Source of the DNA: Azolla caroliniana | Lineage: Eukaryota > Plantae > Polypodiophyta | DNA length: 64,000 bases | Direction of reading: 5' to 3' | Assembly: GCA_043228905.1 (NCBI GenBank) | Contig: JBHGNT010000009.1 | Location: forward strand, 21,514,001 to 21,578,000 | Shown: positions 44,846-56,997 of the stretch, piece by piece | Layout of the letters: each line of letters opens with the position of its first letter | Position numbering within the stretch: position 1 is the stretch's first letter | Made by a program: the position numbers and the translations under genes | The notes under the pieces: model-generated | The model's input: the letters and a program-made list of their open reading frames with translations, nothing else | Databases searched by the model: none | Told to the model about the DNA's origin: nothing

Positions 44846-46538
44846 ATTACAGTAGCATCTCACGTGATAGCCAAGTGGTGAACGTGCATGGCAGCCATTA
44901 AGGCTAGGTGATGAGCGTATATGTTGTAAATGGAAACCTTATTCAACCTTGGATAATCCACACAATATAATTAGTGACGGAGATGAATGAACCAACATGA
45001 ATTAATTAGAACGTTGAACTAATCCATTTGCCAAATTCTCGTCAACATATCCTCGATTAGCCTCAAGCTTTGATGGCAACATCGCAATTCTTTTTAGAAT
45101 CGTGGAAAGGTCAAAGCTAATGACAATATTGGATTGAAAAGGTAAAACAAAAACAAATATTTATTTATATACAATCACAACAAGAGTATAAGGGTGAATT
45201 TGAACACATTAGTTGAAGATTGACATTAAACTAGAAAGGTTTGATAATAATGAAACTTCCCAATAAATAAACTCCAAATTATTGACATGCTCGCTACCAA
45301 GCCTTAATGCATGGTTGCCACTTGGGTGGATATCATGCAAAAAGCTTTAATAATTATTACATGGAATATTATGATGATTCTCAAAATAATGATATATATT
45401 TGATTATAAATACAACACTAATATATTGGCTAAAGTTTAAGACATGAGCATTAAGGAAATAATGGGCCTATGAGTTTTATGAGTCACAATTCATGAATTG
45501 GAACTTGTTTTATCAAAATATTAATGACAAAGTTGGGACCGTAGCAAGATTCTTTATAGGCTTGCAAGGTTCAACCATAGCATCACCCTCTTTGACAACG
45601 AGTTACATAGTTACAACTTGCAATACACAAACTAAGACTTGGTTTATCAAGATATTCACAATACTTGGACCAATTAAGCAAGATATCAAATACCATCACT
45701 AGTCATATAGCATAGCTAATTCTGAGGTAAATATAGTTCATCATATATGATTTTACAATCCGAAATAAGGAGGTGACGAGTAGACTTGTTTGTGTTGTTG
45801 ATGAGTAGGTGGGTGTTTGTTGTGTGTATGTGGTGTTGGTGAGCTAAAATTATATGTGTATATATATTTTATTGGAACTGAACAATATTTCAAGAACATG
45901 AAGTTCCCTCCCTCCCTTTTGATCATCAGTGGTCAGTCCCCTAGGTGGGAGGATTGTGTGGGAAGGGGAGATAAGGGAATACTAATAATTGTGAAACCTA
46001 GACTTTGGTTTTGAGCTAATGCTTGGTGTAGTGGGAAGGAAAGATCATTGTGTTTCAGTCAACACGATCAAGTTGCAGTCATAGAAGAAATTTTTGGGTT
46101 TATGGGGGAAGTCAACCATTCACTACTCCTCCTCCTCTAATTGCTCCGTTACGAGGACTTGCCGACTGCTTGTCGACTATAGGAGCCTCCCCCCTTTAAG
46201 AATGGTTGTGGAGCAAATTTAGGTTTGTCTTAGGCTCGAAAAGGGGACCTAGGGACAATTCAGGGGTTCAAACTAGGTCGGAATTGGGCATAGTTTCACT
46301 TCTAGTGCTAAAATTTTGAATAAAACATTCGTTGCGAGCAAAACATAGATAAGTTGGAAGGAAGGGTTTGAATCCCACCTCCCATAGACTTTTCATTTGA
46401 CATTTTTGAAGTTCCTCGTGCGAAATAAAACGAGTTCTCAATTTTCTCTCTTGAGCATTTCAAATCAATTTCTCATTATTTAGAATTGGGACATGCACAT
46501 GATTTACAACTCTTTTTAATAGGTATAGATGAAAGTTC

Positions 46539-46745
46539 CATAGATTGAAATATTCGCATTCGTGGGGCCTACCCCACAAATCCATACGAATACGAATACG
46601 AATACATATAAAAATATTCGTTTTCTTCTTTTTTTTTGAAATTTTTAAGTAAAAAATAAAAAACAATTTTTCTTCATCTGAGCGAGTGAACGAACAACGA
46701 GCAGCGAGCGAGGAACCTCACCCTACTCCCTGTCCACCCTCGCTT
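46539..46745 (+). mobile_element. Single end of a hAT-type element, fused to Copia gag
   Basis: Begins CATAGATTGAAATATTCGCATTCGTGG, similar to CATAGAACGTAATATTCGTGTTCGTGG at 43937, with (TACGAA)n subterminal repeats. No second TIR found. Confidence 0.6.
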
Positions 46746-49700
46746 ACAGCATTCGAACTGTGGAAAACACTATCGGACACTTACGAAAAGAAGGTCGCTG
46801 CAACAAAGATGTTTCTGATCCGGCGCCTCTACAACTTGCGGATGAAAGAATCAGATTCGGTTCAAGCACATCTCAATGAGTACGAAAGCATAAGCTCCCA
46901 AATCTCATCTCAGGGGACGGCAATCGAGGATGAACTCAGAGCAATGATACTCATGAGCAGCCTTCCCTCATCATGGGAAACTTTCGTCACAACCGTGTGC
47001 AACGCGTCAACCACGGCTGTTAAATACTCCGAAGTCACGAGCGCAATCCTGACTGAAGCAGCTCGGAGAAAGTCTTTCGCCAAAGACTCAACAGACGACG
47101 CTTATGTAGTACAAGGTTCGACAGACCGATCGAACATACGAGGAAGAGATTCCTCACGGCAGCCGAACAATCAGCGAAGACGGAGCCAGTCACGGGATAA
47201 TCGAATCTGCAACTATTGCAAGAAACCCGGACACATCAAAGCCGACTGCCGCACACTCAAGAACAAGAACGACAAGTCTCAGAAATCAGACAAGAAGAGT
47301 GGCCGGCATGAGGAGATCAATTACGTCAGCTTCTCAGCTGATGTGCTACCAAACGACCCGAATATACTATCAATCGAAAATCCAGTCGGATCAGAAGTTC
47401 TGCTCACGACTGAAGAATCGAGCACATGGCTCTTAGATTCGGGCGCGTCATTTCACGTGACTCCTCATCGATCCCAATTTCGGCAATATACGATCCGTCA
47501 CTCCGACTCAGTTCGAGTCGGCAACTCGCAACACTGTGACATCATTGGAATCGGCACAGTAGAGCTCAACCTTGCAGGTGGCTCTACACTTGTACTTCAC
47601 AATGTCCGACATGTACCCGAGCTCTCAAGGCCATTGATCTCAGTCGGACAACTAGATGAAGACGGCATTCGTGTTGGTTTTTCTTCGGGAGGGTGGACAC
47701 TCCACAGGGGGAACCTCCTGCTTGCTAGAGGACCCAAGATACACTCACTGTATCCGTTACATGTTACGCTCAGAGAGGGTAACCTGTTTTTGGTGGATAT
47801 TCCTGTGTCATCACTATGGCACAGAAGATTAGGACACCTCAGCAAGGCCGGCATTACGCACCTATCTAGAGCCGGATACATCCCTAAACTCTCCTTCTCG
47901 GACCATCAATTCTGCGAACATTGCCAGTATGGCAAACAAGCAGCCGCATCACACCCGACATCAGCACCAAGAGAAACGAGACCTCTCGATTTAGTCCACT
48001 CGGACGTCTGTGGCCCAATGCCGCATCAGTCTCTCGGCGGTGCCTCTTACTTCGTCAGTTTTATTGACGATTCGACTCGAAAGGTGTGGGCTTATCCAAT
48101 TCGCACCAAAGATCGTGTCTTCTCGATCTTCTCCGATTGGCTCGCTATGGTAGAAAATCAAACTGACCGAAAACTGAAATGCTTTCGGACCGACAATGGG
48201 GGAGAGTTCAAATCAGAAGAATTCGTCAAATTCTGCCGACAACGCGGCATCCGACGTGAATTTACGGCACCACACAGTCCGGAGCAAAACGGGATTGCAG
48301 AACGCATGAATCGGACAATCCAAGAACGGATAGTTTCCATGCTCCAACACTCCGGACTGTCGGATGGCTTCTGGGCAGAGGCTCTACTCACGGCAGTACA
48401 CATAATCAATATGTCGCCAAGCAGACCTCTAGGACTTCAAATTCCTCAGGAACTATGGATCGGCAGTAAGCCGAATTACGACAAGCTGAGGATCTTCGGA
48501 TGCGAGGCGTACGCCCTTATTCCGAAAGATGATCGCCGAAAACTTGCACCTCGGTCCAGGAAATGCATTTTCCTTGGATATGGATCAGACGGCGAAATGG
48601 GATACCGACTCTGGGACCCCGAACGCAGACAAATCGTTCGAAGTTCGGACGTTGTGTTCAACGAGTCGGCTATGAATCCATCAGTCGAAAAACCGATCGA
48701 AGTCCGAAGGGTAACATTTTCCGATGTGCCGACCCTTCAAGAAGGCCCCGCTCTTAACACACGGTCAGCTTCACGGGTAGCTGAACCTTACACCACCGAC
48801 TCGGACAACTCTGACTCGGCACAGCAGAATAATTCGCTTTCGGACCATCCGACCTCGATACCCGATGCGACCAGTCCAATCATACCTCGACGATCCGAGA
48901 GACTGTCGCAACCTCCGGAGAGGTATTCTCCTGGAATTTTCTTCACCGACGCCGGCGAACCGACGTCTTACGAAGAAGCATCGACATCTGTCGATTCAGC
49001 CACCTGGCATCTGGCGATGGAGTCGGAAATGCACTCCATTCGGGCAAACAAGACTTGGGATCTGGTCGAACTACCTAAGAATCGACGTGCTCTTCCTTGC
49101 AAGTGGGTTTATCGACTAAAAGAGACGTCTGATTCGACCACCCCAAAGTACAAGGCCAGATTAGTTGCGAAGGGCTTCCGACAAGAATATGGCGTCGACT
49201 TCGACGAGATTTTTTCACCAGTGGTGAAAATGACAACCCTTCGTTTTCTACTCGGCGTAGTGGCAGCCGACAACTTGGAGTTGATTCAGCTAGATGTCAA
49301 AACAGCCTTCCTCCATGGTGATCTTGAAGAGGAAATTTATATGGAGCAGCCAAAAGGCTTCGTGGCAACTGGCCAAGAACATCTAGTCTGCCGACTCAGG
49401 AAGAGTCTATACGGCCTCAAACAGGCACCGCGACAATGGTACAAGAAGTTCGACGACTTCATCCAATCGATCGGCTTCTCAAAAAGCGATGAGGACCATT
49501 GTCTTTTTACCAACACAGCTCACGATGGATCACCCATCTTCCTCATCATTTACGTGGACGACATGCTAATTTCTGGACGCCACGCGGGCGAACTTGCCGA
49601 TCTCATTCGGCAACTGCGGTTGAAGTTTGCCATGAAGGACCTCGGTCCGGCACGACACATACTTGGCATGAAGATTAGTCGGCATCGCGATACACGACAT

Positions 49701-50534
49701 CTTTTTTTGTCTCAGACCGACTATATCGGACGTGTCTTGGAACGCTTCAACATGAAATCAGCCAAATCTGCTTCAACCCCGCTCCCCATGAATCTTCGGC
49801 TCTCTCAGCGAGACTGCCCGACATCCGGTCCGGAGGGGGAAGATATGAAGTCGGTACCGTATGCACCGGCAGTCGGCTCCCTTATGTACCTGATGGTCGC
49901 GACACGGCCTGATATCTCTCATGCCGTAGGAGTCGTTAGCAGATTTATGCACAATCCTGGCCGATCGCATTGGAACGCAGTCAAGCATGCGTTCAAATAT
50001 CTGGCTGGCACAAAAGATCACGGCATTCTTTTCGGTCCGAACTCAACCTCAGGCGTAGTCGGTTACACCGACTCGGACTTCGCCGGCTGTATAGACAGTC
50101 GGAAATCAACAACCGGATACTGCTTCAAATTCGGCAATGGAGCAATTTCGTGGAAGTCGAAACTTCAGGAGTGCACAGCGACCTCAACGACCGAAGCAGA
50201 ATATGTAGCTGCGTCCGACGCTGCAAAAGAAGCTTTGTGGCTCGGCCGGCTGGCGCACACGTTTCGGCAAGTCGACCATGACTCGGCTCCAGTTGTCTAT
50301 AGCGACAGTCAAGGTGTTGTTGCCTTGTCGAGAAATCCGGTTCACCACAACGCCTCCAAACATATCGACGTTCGATATCACTTCGTTCGGGACTGCGTCA
50401 TTTCAGGGAAAATCGGTCTAGAGAAAATATCCACAACCGACAATGTCGCAGATGGAATGACCAAGTGTCTTTCGGCAGACCGCTTTCGGTCCCTTCGGCA
50501 TCAGATGGGCGTAACGACAAACCAGTCCGGTTAG
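46686..50534 (+). CDS. Copia Gag-Pol polyprotein (N-terminally truncated gag; intact PR-INT-RT-RNase H frame)
   Basis: CNYCKKPGHIKADC knuckle, WLLDSGASFHVT, LWHRRLGH...CEHC, LVHSDVCGP/RTDNGGEF/NGIAERMNRT, YKARLVAKGF, IYVDDML, YTDSDFAG, KHIDVRYHF. The first ~20 codons are non-gag flank, and the first ATG is at ~46809. Confidence 0.93.
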   Translation: MNEQRAASEEPHPTPCPPSLTAFELWKTLSDTYEKKVAATKMFLIRRLYNLRMKESDSVQAHLNEYESISSQISSQGTAIEDELRAMILMSSLPSSWETFVTTVCNASTTAVKYSEVTSAILTEAARRKSFAKDSTDDAYVVQGSTDRSNIRGRDSSRQPNNQRRRSQSRDNRICNYCKKPGHIKADCRTLKNKNDKSQKSDKKSGRHEEINYVSFSADVLPNDPNILSIENPVGSEVLLTTEESSTWLLDSGASFHVTPHRSQFRQYTIRHSDSVRVGNSQHCDIIGIGTVELNLAGGSTLVLHNVRHVPELSRPLISVGQLDEDGIRVGFSSGGWTLHRGNLLLARGPKIHSLYPLHVTLREGNLFLVDIPVSSLWHRRLGHLSKAGITHLSRAGYIPKLSFSDHQFCEHCQYGKQAAASHPTSAPRETRPLDLVHSDVCGPMPHQSLGGASYFVSFIDDSTRKVWAYPIRTKDRVFSIFSDWLAMVENQTDRKLKCFRTDNGGEFKSEEFVKFCRQRGIRREFTAPHSPEQNGIAERMNRTIQERIVSMLQHSGLSDGFWAEALLTAVHIINMSPSRPLGLQIPQELWIGSKPNYDKLRIFGCEAYALIPKDDRRKLAPRSRKCIFLGYGSDGEMGYRLWDPERRQIVRSSDVVFNESAMNPSVEKPIEVRRVTFSDVPTLQEGPALNTRSASRVAEPYTTDSDNSDSAQQNNSLSDHPTSIPDATSPIIPRRSERLSQPPERYSPGIFFTDAGEPTSYEEASTSVDSATWHLAMESEMHSIRANKTWDLVELPKNRRALPCKWVYRLKETSDSTTPKYKARLVAKGFRQEYGVDFDEIFSPVVKMTTLRFLLGVVAADNLELIQLDVKTAFLHGDLEEEIYMEQPKGFVATGQEHLVCRLRKSLYGLKQAPRQWYKKFDDFIQSIGFSKSDEDHCLFTNTAHDGSPIFLIIYVDDMLISGRHAGELADLIRQLRLKFAMKDLGPARHILGMKISRHRDTRHLFLSQTDYIGRVLERFNMKSAKSASTPLPMNLRLSQRDCPTSGPEGEDMKSVPYAPAVGSLMYLMVATRPDISHAVGVVSRFMHNPGRSHWNAVKHAFKYLAGTKDHGILFGPNSTSGVVGYTDSDFAGCIDSRKSTTGYCFKFGNGAISWKSKLQECTATSTTEAEYVAASDAAKEALWLGRLAHTFRQVDHDSAPVVYSDSQGVVALSRNPVHHNASKHIDVRYHFVRDCVISGKIGLEKISTTDNVADGMTKCLSADRFRSLRHQMGVTTNQSG

Positions 50535-50915
50535 AGCCGGACACAGCGCAGGATGGTTTCAGACAACCGACATCAGTTCCCTAATGATCGGCTTCAACTC
50601 TTCCGACCTGACCAGTCCGGTCTTCTGCCTTCGGACCCTGCTGACTCGAACAAAACTGATATGTCCGAGAACCTAGGTTTATACCTGTAATCTTAGATAA
50701 CCCATGTATACGCCCATTACGGGGGAGTGTCGAATACAAGTGTATAATGGACGTATTCACACTATCCCTTTGTATAGATCAAGTTTGGGCCATTTGTGTA
50801 ATTAGCATAAATGGTAGTTGCCCTAAGTCGGTCACTATATATAGTGACCTTGTAACCTTTTTGTAAGGTTGGTTGTATTGTTGTTTTTCTATGGAATAGA
50901 AAGAGTCTTTTGTGC

Positions 50916-50984
<69 letters not shown>

Positions 50985-51072
50985 ACGATCTTGGAAACTG
51001 TCATACGCAGGTACTCGAACTCGAATCGAATGCTTCTTGATCTTCCGCATCGACACGGCCTTGTCTTCAACA
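46746..51072 (+). mobile_element. 5'-truncated Ty1/Copia retrotransposon with 3' LTR only
   Basis: PPT GGGGGAG at 50721-50727; LTR 50728-51072 (TGTCGAA...TTCAACA). No matching 5' LTR or PBS upstream of gag. Confidence 0.92.
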
Positions 51073-53571
51073 CCCCAGCCCCATATCTCTATCTCTTTGT
51101 AAGCGAGGCTTTCTCCGCCTACTTACAAGCACCAACCAGCGGGCTGCGGGGATTGCCCATCCCCAATGTGACTGAAGATTTGTTGTTATCTGAATAAGCC
51201 GACGATATAGTTCTTTTCTTGCAAGGTGATGAGGAGAATTTGCAGCGGGCTGAACATCTTGTCGAGGACTTTTTTCAGGCGACTGGTGCCAAGATCAATT
51301 GGAATAAAACCCAAGGCCTATGGTTCAGCGAACAAGAGAAACCAAGATGGCAACCCCATGCCGATTTTATGTGGGTCCTTGATGGGACGACATTCAAGTA
51401 CCTTGGATTTACGATGGGGAGGTCAATCCCCAAGGGAGCGCAATTGGCCCATGTACAAGCCAAAATAAATAGGAAGTTGACCCAATGGAGTAGATCTAAA
51501 CCATCCTTCGCTGTTAGGGTCCTTGTTGCGAACCAAGTGTTGCTCGCTACCATGTGTCACTCAGTCTCCTGCTGGATTATGGACCCTGCAGGTCTGCACG
51601 CGATTAAGGCTGCCATAAGGGGGTTTATATGGTCAGGTAAGGACAACCCAAGGGCTGCTGCCATAGTGTCATGGTGTTGGTTAACGCAACCACGGGCCAA
51701 AGGGGGGCTTGGCCTCATAGACCCCTTAATGCAGAGTTGTTCATTGCTGGCTAAAATGGTGGTTTGTTGCCTCCTACCAGGTAAGGGGTGCTGGAAGGTA
51801 CTACTTCGCAATAGGTTGCAAGCAGGGACTCCCAAGTATGGTAGGCCTTGCCCCGACTCCTTGAATTGGTGATGCACAAGCGGAGTCCCACCCAAGCTAG
51901 CTTGCCATCCGGAGGATAGGGTCGTGAACTCCATCTTGCGGGCATGGTGCCATCTACGACAGCATTTGGTCAAACACACCCCGGAGACATTGACCGAATG
52001 GACTAGACAACCACTATTATGGAATCCTCACGTGCGAACAAGTGACGACACGATGCTAGGGCAACTTAAGGTCCTAGCATGGGGAAAGCTGGCACAAACA
52101 GGCCCCCTATCTATAGACGATTAGAGACGCATGGTTGTTTCAAGAAGAGCCCAAGAGGACCTTTTCCCTCCCCTCAAGGGAACTACGAAAATGCGGAGAC
52201 TGATAACTAAGGCAGTTGACAGGATTCTGATGGGGGAGGCGAGAGAACATGCATGGTTCGGTCTCTTTGACGAGGTTGGAATGGTCAAGTCGCTAAAGGG
52301 TGTGAGCGGATCAGGGAGAGATACAGTTTTTGGGGACAGTCAGAGCAGGGGCTCTTGGCACCCAATCCGAGTGGTGGCACAAGTTGACAACATCTGGAAG
52401 ACAAACCCGGATGTTGCTAAGGTGGAACCCCATTGGAGGTTAAGGGTATATGGTTGTCGCCCCCTTGTCGATCTAGATTGGGACTCAGGGGATTTCAGAC
52501 GGAAACATGACGATAGACTCCATCACTTCTTCGATTACACCACTAAATTGGGTCGGACTTTGCGGTTGCAGCTAGACAGCCCCCTTCGCAATGGCTGGCG
52601 AACATTGGGCATCCCCGATGAGGCGCTCATTACCTTTTGGAAAGGTCTCTAGCATCTCCACATGCCTGAAAAGATCAAGCTCTTTTGGTGGCAGATCGGT
52701 CATAATGTGGTGCCCGTTGGCGAATGGCTAGATAAACGTGGCAACCCGTTAGGCTGCCCACTGTGCTCTCGACCTATTGAGACTCTGAGACATTGTCTTT
52801 GGGATTGCCCTCAAGCTCAAAAGATCTGGGATAGAGTGACTCGCCTCCTTGTGGCATGTGAAGTTGAAGAAACGGCCTCGTGGAGCGCTACGGCATGGAT
52901 TGATCACTCGGTCGAAAGGTGGACGGACATCGTCAATGCGGATAGTTGGTGCTATGTATGCACGAGAGGCAAAATCGTCAAGATCCGTTTCGAAAGAGGC
53001 TCGCGCCCCGCATCCCCTAGGTTTCCAGAAATCTGGATGCTGATCGCAGGTTTCACCTTGTGGTATATATGGAAAGCGCGTTGCCTCAAGGTTTTCCAAG
53101 GTACGGTACGGCCCCCGGAGGAAGTGATCATGGACATATGGTTCGTGATTATCAGCTGCCTACAAGGGCAACTGGAAGACATTTGCAGCCACTCCAACGA
53201 CGTGGTCTCTACCCGTTTGCGCTTTTGGCAGAAATGTCGGAACACACCTATGGTGATGCAAGGCGGGAGTGGCCCGAGGTGGAATTACCAGCCCCCACGC
53301 TGGTTGTTTCCTACTCACCTGCCACCCTCTCTTCGTTGTAGGCCCCAAGAGCCGATTCGTACTAGGCAACATTGAAGGGAATCGCCTTAGATATAGGTAG
53401 CTTCTTACATTAAGTTAGGCCGCAAGGCATTGTAAGTAGGCTCATCTTCTTTTACTTGATCGGAGGAAGACTCCCTGATGTGTGTTTAAGTCTCCTTGTA
53501 GACTCTCTATGTAATAATCCTTCCTAACTAATGGGAAAATAGCTTCATTTTGGAAAAATAAAAATAAAAAT
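51073..53571 (+). mobile_element. L1-clade LINE, 3' part of ORF2 (pseudogenised) with A-rich tail
   Basis: APYLYLFVSEAF, *ADD (catalytic YADD mutated to stop), TGAKINWNKT, FKYLG, PRAKGGLGL, zf-RVT CPLC...ETLRHCLWDC; several in-frame stops; tail AAAAATAAAAATAAAAAT at 53554-53571. Confidence 0.92.
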
Positions 53572-54399
53572 AGTAGAAAGAATATTTCTACAAAAGATTA
53601 AGCTAAGTAATCAGCTCATGCACACAATAGGAGCTTTTAAAGATTTATACATGACCTACCTCTATATGTAGAAGCGTGAAGTTTCTAAAAATAGAGTTTC
53701 TAAAATAGTTTTTCTAAAAATAGACATGTCTTTTACATGTCAAATTGAATAGAGAGAACGTGTTGCAATCATTTTGATCTCAAATTTGAAAGATCAAAAT
53801 TGTCTTCTTAAAAAAAGCACCTGGTTTTGGGCACATTGCAAAGAATTTGTCTGTTTGATAGGGGCAGTGGAGAATAATGGCAACGTGGGTCACAAATTGT
53901 CAAGAGGGTAGATACTTATCTATTTGCAATGAACCACTACTTACTTCAATTGAAATCTCTCAACATGTCAAGTGAAATTCCTCGTGAGTGCGCTCCTTGA
54001 GAAGGTAACCGTTCTATTGTGGAACCCACAATGTTGATGTATTGTGCTTGAACTAGGATAAGATCCTTTGTAAAACTCTCTGTTAGAGGATACTTACTCT
54101 ATCTTGGAATACACAAAATTGTTTGCCTCACAATGACTTAATAGAGAAAAGTTTTTTGTAAAGGCTCTTTGTTAGAAGACTCTCGGTCTCTCATGGAACC
54201 CATGAAGTTGCTCTCCCTTGAAGGCCAAAGTGAGCTATGCATTGAACTACTACAAAAATAAATTATCTGCTTGTAATGTACCATTTATTTATTCCCTCAT
54301 AATGGCTCAATGTGAGAACATCTCATTGTAAGGGCAAGAGAAAGAGAGAGTGTGTGTGTGATTGAGAACGATGGTTGAACACATGGGAGGACAATGATT

Positions 54400-55589
54400 A
54401 AGGCTTCATGGTGGCAATTATTGAATGGATGTATTTCACTTAGGATTCAGGGTTTTTCACATGTTTAGCACTTGGTTACCTCATGGCAAGAAGCACTCTT
54501 GTTATGTGTATGAAAACCATCATCTAATAGAGAGCATTGTAATTCTTTGCAATTAAAAGAGTTACTTGTGTCTTCTCGGTTATTATGTTGGCCAGGAATG
54601 GAGAGATTGTGCTTTGAATTTAATTGTTTGTTTCATTTGAGGGTCAAAGAGGTGGGAGATATAGTTGAGGTTCCATCTCAAAGAATTTTGGAGTTTGTTG
54701 AAGCGCGACAATTATTACACATCCCAACTAATTATGAGTTTATCTGGCAACAACTTTAAGTATTGCATTGATTCAAGGTCCTTTACCTCTACAAACAGGA
54801 GAACAACCGTGGATTGATTGGTGTTTACGGGGTCAGACGTCATTATTACAAGTGATTACTATTTTTTTGTATCATTTCTTCGTTGAGGTCTTTGATGACT
54901 ATCATCTAAGGCAGAAGAAGAATGGAAAATACACAAATTTGATCATGGGTGGTGGCAGATCTTACAACGTAGTTGACATTCTAAATTGCCACTTGTAGCA
55001 AAGGTCATTTGGAGAGTTTTGATTGGAGGATTGCCTTTGGGATTAGCTCTAAAGCGTCGTGGACTAGTAACAGGCAATTGCATATTTTGCACTATTCAAA
55101 TTGAAGATAATATTCATCGATTTAGACAATGTTTGATTGCTTGTCAGATTTGGAGTTACATTTCTTAAATTTGGCAAATTTTATCATTGTGTTATTTGGC
55201 ACCTATATAGTGGGTGTTTGCACAATTTACACAGGTTGACCCAAAATCAGAGATGGAGATTGTTTTCCTATTTGTGAGATATTGGGGATTGCGTCATAAT
55301 TGGGATATGAACACTGCTTTTGTATTCGATGGTAGACATGGAGTGAAAGCATATCTATGAAAGTTGAGGTGTACTAATGTGGCTATTTTCTTTATTGGAG
55401 CAAGTGGAAAATCTTTCCTTAATGGAGTGTTCATCTTGCCTATTGACAATTCAACATGTTCCATTACCCCTATAGTGTACTTAGTGGGTGACCATACTCC
55501 ATTGTCACGACTCACACGGGCCATTGTAAGTAGTGTTTTTCACACACATTTATAATTAATATAATTGTGTGTTTTCACCCAAAAAAAAA
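54400..55589 (+). mobile_element. Old LINE 3' remnant
   Basis: zf-RVT-like VIWRVLIGGLPLG...CIFCTIQIEDNIHRFRQC at 54986-55168 and an A9 tail at 55581-55589. The 5' limit is approximate. Confidence 0.7.
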
Positions 55590-56273
55590 GAGAGCACCCC
55601 CTTATAAGTGCCCTCCTTGAGAAGGCACATGTTCTCATGTGGAACCATTAAGTTAGTCTCTTGTGCTTGACTCGAGAAAAACTTCTCATAAAGGCTCTCC
55701 ATTAGAGGACACTTAGTCTCTTGTAGAACCTACAAGTTGTTCGCTTGTGATTGCTCCCTGTGAGTACTAGAGCATAACCGCAATCAAAATTTGAGTTTAT
55801 CTAATCACCTTGTGAGATAAGAGAGAAGTTCTTGTGAGGCTTTCCACAAGAGATCACACTCATTCTCTTGTGGGACCTATAGAGTCATTCTCTCATAAAG
55901 GCCGAATCAAACCTCATCAATACCCAAGCTTCCTATTTCTTGAGCCCAGGCTTGGCATTGAGCTTAGGGTTCACATTGCTACTCATATTTCCTACTTGCC
56001 TACTTCAATAAACTCTGAAGTTCCCCTCCTTTCACAGTTAAGAGCACATACAAACATAAACATAAGCACACATTTTGCACATGAAGATACACACACAAAT
56101 ATGTATGTATGTATGCATAGATAGATAGATAGATGTCTAAAATATGCGCAAATAATCGACACATGCATACAATCAATCACACATACTTAAATGTATGCAC
56201 AAATACAAATGCACGATCACACAAAAGGCACACATAATTTGTTATATAAAATAGAACATATAATAGTCACGGA

Positions 56274-56532
56274 CATAGTATGAACCATGTGTATCATACG
56301 TGCATTCGCATAAGAAAAACACCCTCAAAGAATGATAAATACCATACTTTTGGATTAAATATTTATTATGAGGTAAATAGGCCTAAAAATGAAAAAAAAA
56401 ACAATAAAAAACATTAAAAAAATGGGGGGAAAACAAAAAAAAACACAAGAATGTTTGAATAACATTCACATTCGTTTTCCAACGTAGGAAAACGAATGTT
56501 ATGCTAGACGAACACGAATTTTACGTACTATG
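56274..56532. mobile_element. hAT-type MITE (259 bp), same family as 43937-44845, opposite orientation
   Basis: TIRs CATAGTA...TACTATG; TSD GTCACGGA / GTCACAGA. Both ends match the reverse complements of the ends of 43937-44845. Confidence 0.82.
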
Positions 56533-56687
56533 GTCACAGACTTCTCACCACATGCACATTCACACATAACTACCTAAAGGGGCTATCATTCATGTGCACC
56601 CATCCCCACCAACATTCTCTAAGGGAAACTCTAAGTGCTCTTGTACATATCAAATGGGGCATTATTGGACTCACACATACACATAAT

Positions 56688-56997
56688 TAGGAATCAACAA
56701 GGGTTCAGTTTAGGCTTAACTAGTTTGGCCTTGTCGAATCCAAACTAGTTAAGCCAAAACCAGTTTGGGAGTTTCCAAACCTAAATCGAACCGGTTCCTA
56801 AACTGGTTTAGTCAAGCCGATTAAGCCTTAACTGGCTTGCTAACCAGTTTGGCCCAATTTGGTTCGATTTGGCTTGAGCCATCCCAAACCGAACTCAAAC
56901 TAGTTAAGGAAGGTCAAGCCTAAACCGAACCACCAAACCGTTTGTAAATGGTTAAACGGTTTGGTTTAGGCTTGAGCCGAGCTATTGCCGATTCCTA
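56688..56997. mobile_element. hAT-type MITE (310 bp)
   Basis: TIRs TAGGAATCAACAA / TTGCCGATTCCTA; perfect 8-bp TSD CACATAAT (56680-56687, 56998-57005). Confidence 0.9.

Noticed and set aside
55350-55370. CTATGAAAGTTG as the missing right TIR/TSD of the hAT end at 46539
   Set aside because: The register does not fit TIR plus GAAAGTTC, there are no subterminal repeats, and it lies inside a LINE remnant.
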